This document shows positions 30,410-33,068 of a DNA stretch of 33,068 nt, piece after piece (within the stretch, counting starts at the first letter, position 1; every line of letters begins with the position of its first letter). Both the position numbers and the translations under genes were made by a program. This DNA comes from Macrostomum lignano (Eukaryota), in the NCBI GenBank assembly GCA_002269645.1, contig NIVC01004858.1:1-33068 (forward strand), read 5' to 3'. The notes under the pieces are model-generated. The model had not been told where the DNA came from. It was given only the letters and a program-made list of their open reading frames with translations, and made no database searches.

Positions 30410-30519
30410 GCCTGCCTGTCTGTGTCTGTCTGTCTTTCTGTCTGTCTGTCTGTGTCTGTCTGTCTGTCTGTCTGCCTGTCTGTCTGTCTGTCTGTCTGTC
30501 TGTCCTGTCTGTCTGTCTG

Positions 30520-30555
<36 letters not shown>

Positions 30556-30593
30556 CTGTCTGTCTGTCCTGTCTGTCTGTCTGTGTCTGTCTG

Positions 30594-30655
<62 letters not shown>

Positions 30656-30750
30656 GCCTGCCTGTCTGTGTCTGTCTGTCTTTCTGTCTGTCTGTCTGTG
30701 TCTGTCTGTCTGTCTGTCTGTCGGTCTGTCTGTGTTACTGTCTGTGTGTT
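30066..30750. repeat. (GTCT)n microsatellite, ~680 bp, interrupted
   Basis: Directly visible. Confidence 0.98.
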
Positions 30751-31576
30751 TACTTGGACCTTTCGTCGGTTCAGTTGCCGCATTAGCTGGACCTTTCGGT
30801 TTAGGTGGACAGCGTAGGTGGACCACCGAATAACTTTGCTCCAGACAACGTTGAGTGGTTTATAAGGACCACAAAACAGAGCAATGGATGTCAGGAATGA
30901 GTGCCGCAAAGCGCAACATTCATCGGCATTCATGTTCAGAAAAAAATGCATTTCAGTTTACATGGACTTTTTGCGATGTCCACCTAAACCGGGTCTGAAA
31001 GGTCCAGCTAAACAAAAATTGTCAATGAAAATTTCTGAATTTGTCTGTTGCAGTCTGTTTCAGTCTGTTTCAGTCTGTTAGCAATTTACCTTTTTACAAC
31101 ATCTTTTACGCCAAAAAAGTAATATATTTAATTTCCGTGATCTTAAATTAGGCACACACGGCTTTGTTAAGCTTTCTTCAAAGCCTTCCCACGGTTTTGT
31201 GCCCGAAAATATTCGAATGACGGTTCCTTTATCACGTTAGCTGCTGATAGTAGTTTAAATGGATATTGTATCCTATAGGCCTATCGACTTTCCTTCTTTT
31301 AGATTCCTTTTGATATTTGATATTTATAAAAGTGTCGAACCACAATAAGAAATAATCCTGGTGGAGAGTTTCGGCCTTGAGAAGAAGGTTCTGCTCTCAG
31401 ATCCCTGTTTAGGGGTGGGGAAGCACCAAACCAAGCTCAAAGCGAAGGTCTGATATTTTTTATTTTAGTTTAGCCTGGGTCCCACTAAACACAGTTGCAC
31501 GCACATCAAATCGTCTGTTGAGGTCCATGTAAACGAAACTCGAAGCGCACAACACAGTCACACAGACTAGAGCTGC

Positions 31577-31710
31577 ATTGGTTAAGGACTGATTTCGGAG
31601 AGGTTGGTAAAAATCGGACCACCCCACTGGGAATGCCAGCCAATAGGAGCAGTCCAAGGGACAGACAGTCCGTCGACTAAACGAGTCAGAGAGGGGCAGA
31701 GCTATAAAAG
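31577..31710 (+). promoter_or_regulatory. Candidate Pol II core promoter: ATTGG 31577, CCAAT 31640, GC-box-like GAGGGGCAGAG, TATAAAA 31703
   Basis: Motif order and spacing are typical of a TATA promoter, and consensus donors follow at 31906 and 32224; motif match only. Confidence 0.4.
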
Positions 31711-31875
31711 TGAAAACCTTTGGTCTAGCTAAAACAGGCTTACATGGACCACCTAATTTCTCGGATAGACTGAAACATTCAACTGAACTGTCAATAGTCA
31801 ATACACGAGAAGACACGAATGTCTCGCAGGAGATATCCCAATAACACAGAGTCCGGAGAGGTGCAACAGTAACAG

Positions 31876-32223
31876 ATGTTACATCAAGTGGACTGGATAC
31901 CTAAGGTAAGCATAAAATGAAAAGATTCAATTTAAAAGATTGACTTCCTCGCATTCTAATTCTCTAGTAAAACCAAGCCTTTGGATTACTACGTAGCTAA
32001 TAAAACAACACACGACTTTTAGATCTAACTACTTGGGAGCCAGTGAAAAATGTTTTCGACGACGTTTTTGAAAAATTGCATTGAAATTGCAGTAAGTACC
32101 AAAACGAAGTGTTATTTAGGATGAAAAAATGATAAACATTAGTAAAGAGCCTCAATAAGAACCTACTCAATCGAAATTTCAGAAATATGTTTTCCTGCCA
32201 GACCAAAAAGCAAAATCTACCAG
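31876..32223 (+). other. Candidate first exons of an unidentified spliced transcript: ...31905, intron 31906-32201, micro-exon 32202-32223 (could read MLHQVDWIPK-TKKQNLP)
   Basis: AAG|GTAAGC donor, TTTTCCTGCCAG acceptor and CAG|GTAAGC donor; no recognisable homology. Confidence 0.35.
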
Positions 32224-32255
32224 GTAAGCAAATCGGTGCACATACAACTTAAGCT

Positions 32256-33068
32256 GGTCCAGCTAACCTACAGACTGTACTGACGCCACTGAGACAGTCT
32301 GTTTAAGAGTCTTTCAGATGGGAGGTGAAATTCAAGTTTAGGAGGTCCAGCTAACCGACAGACTGTACTGACACCAATATGCCAGTCTGTTTCAAAGTCT
32401 CAGTAGAATCAAAGTATCAGTTGTAAACTGTCAATCCTGAATTCTCGTATAAATGCCAAATTTGACAGGCCCAGTCTGGAGACGGCAAGTCAGCTTTGAT
32501 GCAGACAAGTGACGCAAGCAACTCCAGCAAGATATCGACCAAGACTTTAAAGGCCAAGAGCCATTAAGTCGACTATAGGCTGACGCCTCACGTCTGGACA
32601 CTCTAAGAAGTCGGCTGAGGCACCTGAGACGCTGGTCAGTCCGGTGGACAGACGTGTTGCCTCATCGTAGTTCAGTCATCGGACGAGATTGAATCTACTG
32701 TGGTGAGCTTGCTGCAAAAGTGTTCAGGTTTGGTTTATCATATTCTAATTGAACTGGTCCAGCTAAACCTACAGACTGTACTGCGGGCAACTGATCCAGT
32801 CTGTTTAGAGCCTCACAGGATGGGAGGTGGAATTCAGTTTAGGTGGTCCAGCTGACCTACAGACTGCTACTGACGCAACTGAGCCAGTCTGTTTAGGAGC
32901 CTCACAGATGGAGTGGAATTTCAAGTCCAGGAGGTCCAGCTAACCTACAGACTGTACTGACACCACTGTGCCAGTCTGTTTCAAAGTCTCAGTAGGAATC
33001 AGTTGTAAATTCTCAATCCTGAATTCTCGCTATAAATGTCAAATTTGACAGGCCCCAGTCTGGAGATG
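32256..33068. repeat. Five diverged ~89-bp units (GGTCCAGCTAACCTACAGACTG...CAGTCTGTTT) in two duplicated blocks, 32256-32483 and 32756-33068
   Basis: Units start at 32256, 32344, 32756, 32845 and 32933; both blocks end in the same tail ...AAATTTGACAGGCCC(C)AGTCTGGAGA. Confidence 0.88.

Noticed and set aside
10453-30951. Long low-complexity ORFs ([41 protein letters not shown] repeats)
   Set aside because: All are frames of microsatellites or minisatellites; several overlap on both strands and none has domain features.
1-33068. CRISPR arrays
   Set aside because: The arrays are head-to-tail units with no unique spacers, there are no cas genes, and the DNA is eukaryotic.

Overview
Eukaryotic (animal-like) genomic DNA with GT-AG introns. 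Three conserved housekeeping genes lie on the + strand. WDR1/AIP1 has 6 exons (3794-16742) and gives 606 aa if one missing G at ~5359 is restored. ETHE1 persulfide dioxygenase has 2 exons (18100-19203, 257 aa). eIF6 has 3 exons (23355-26477, 244 aa, with unusual substitutions). A possible fourth spliced transcription unit starts near 31.7 kb. Much of the rest is repetitive: a different 24- or 30-bp minisatellite fills 5 of the 8 confirmed introns, and there are long (GATA)n/(TATC)n and (GTCT)n tracts, a 1.96-kb non-autonomous TIR element, three pieces of a tRNA-derived SINE and two copies of another dispersed repeat. Most long ORFs in the supplied track are translations of repeats. There are no prokaryotic features and no CRISPR array. 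The style (GC-rich exons, minisatellite-filled introns) would fit a flatworm such as Macrostomum, but that is inference only. The best leads are splice acceptors just upstream of all three start codons (possible SL trans-splicing or a WDR1-ETHE1 dicistron), sharply bounded CpG deserts at gene 5' ends, the divergent eIF6, and nested inverted repeats in WDR1 intron 4. All protein comparisons are from recalled sequences, not database searches.
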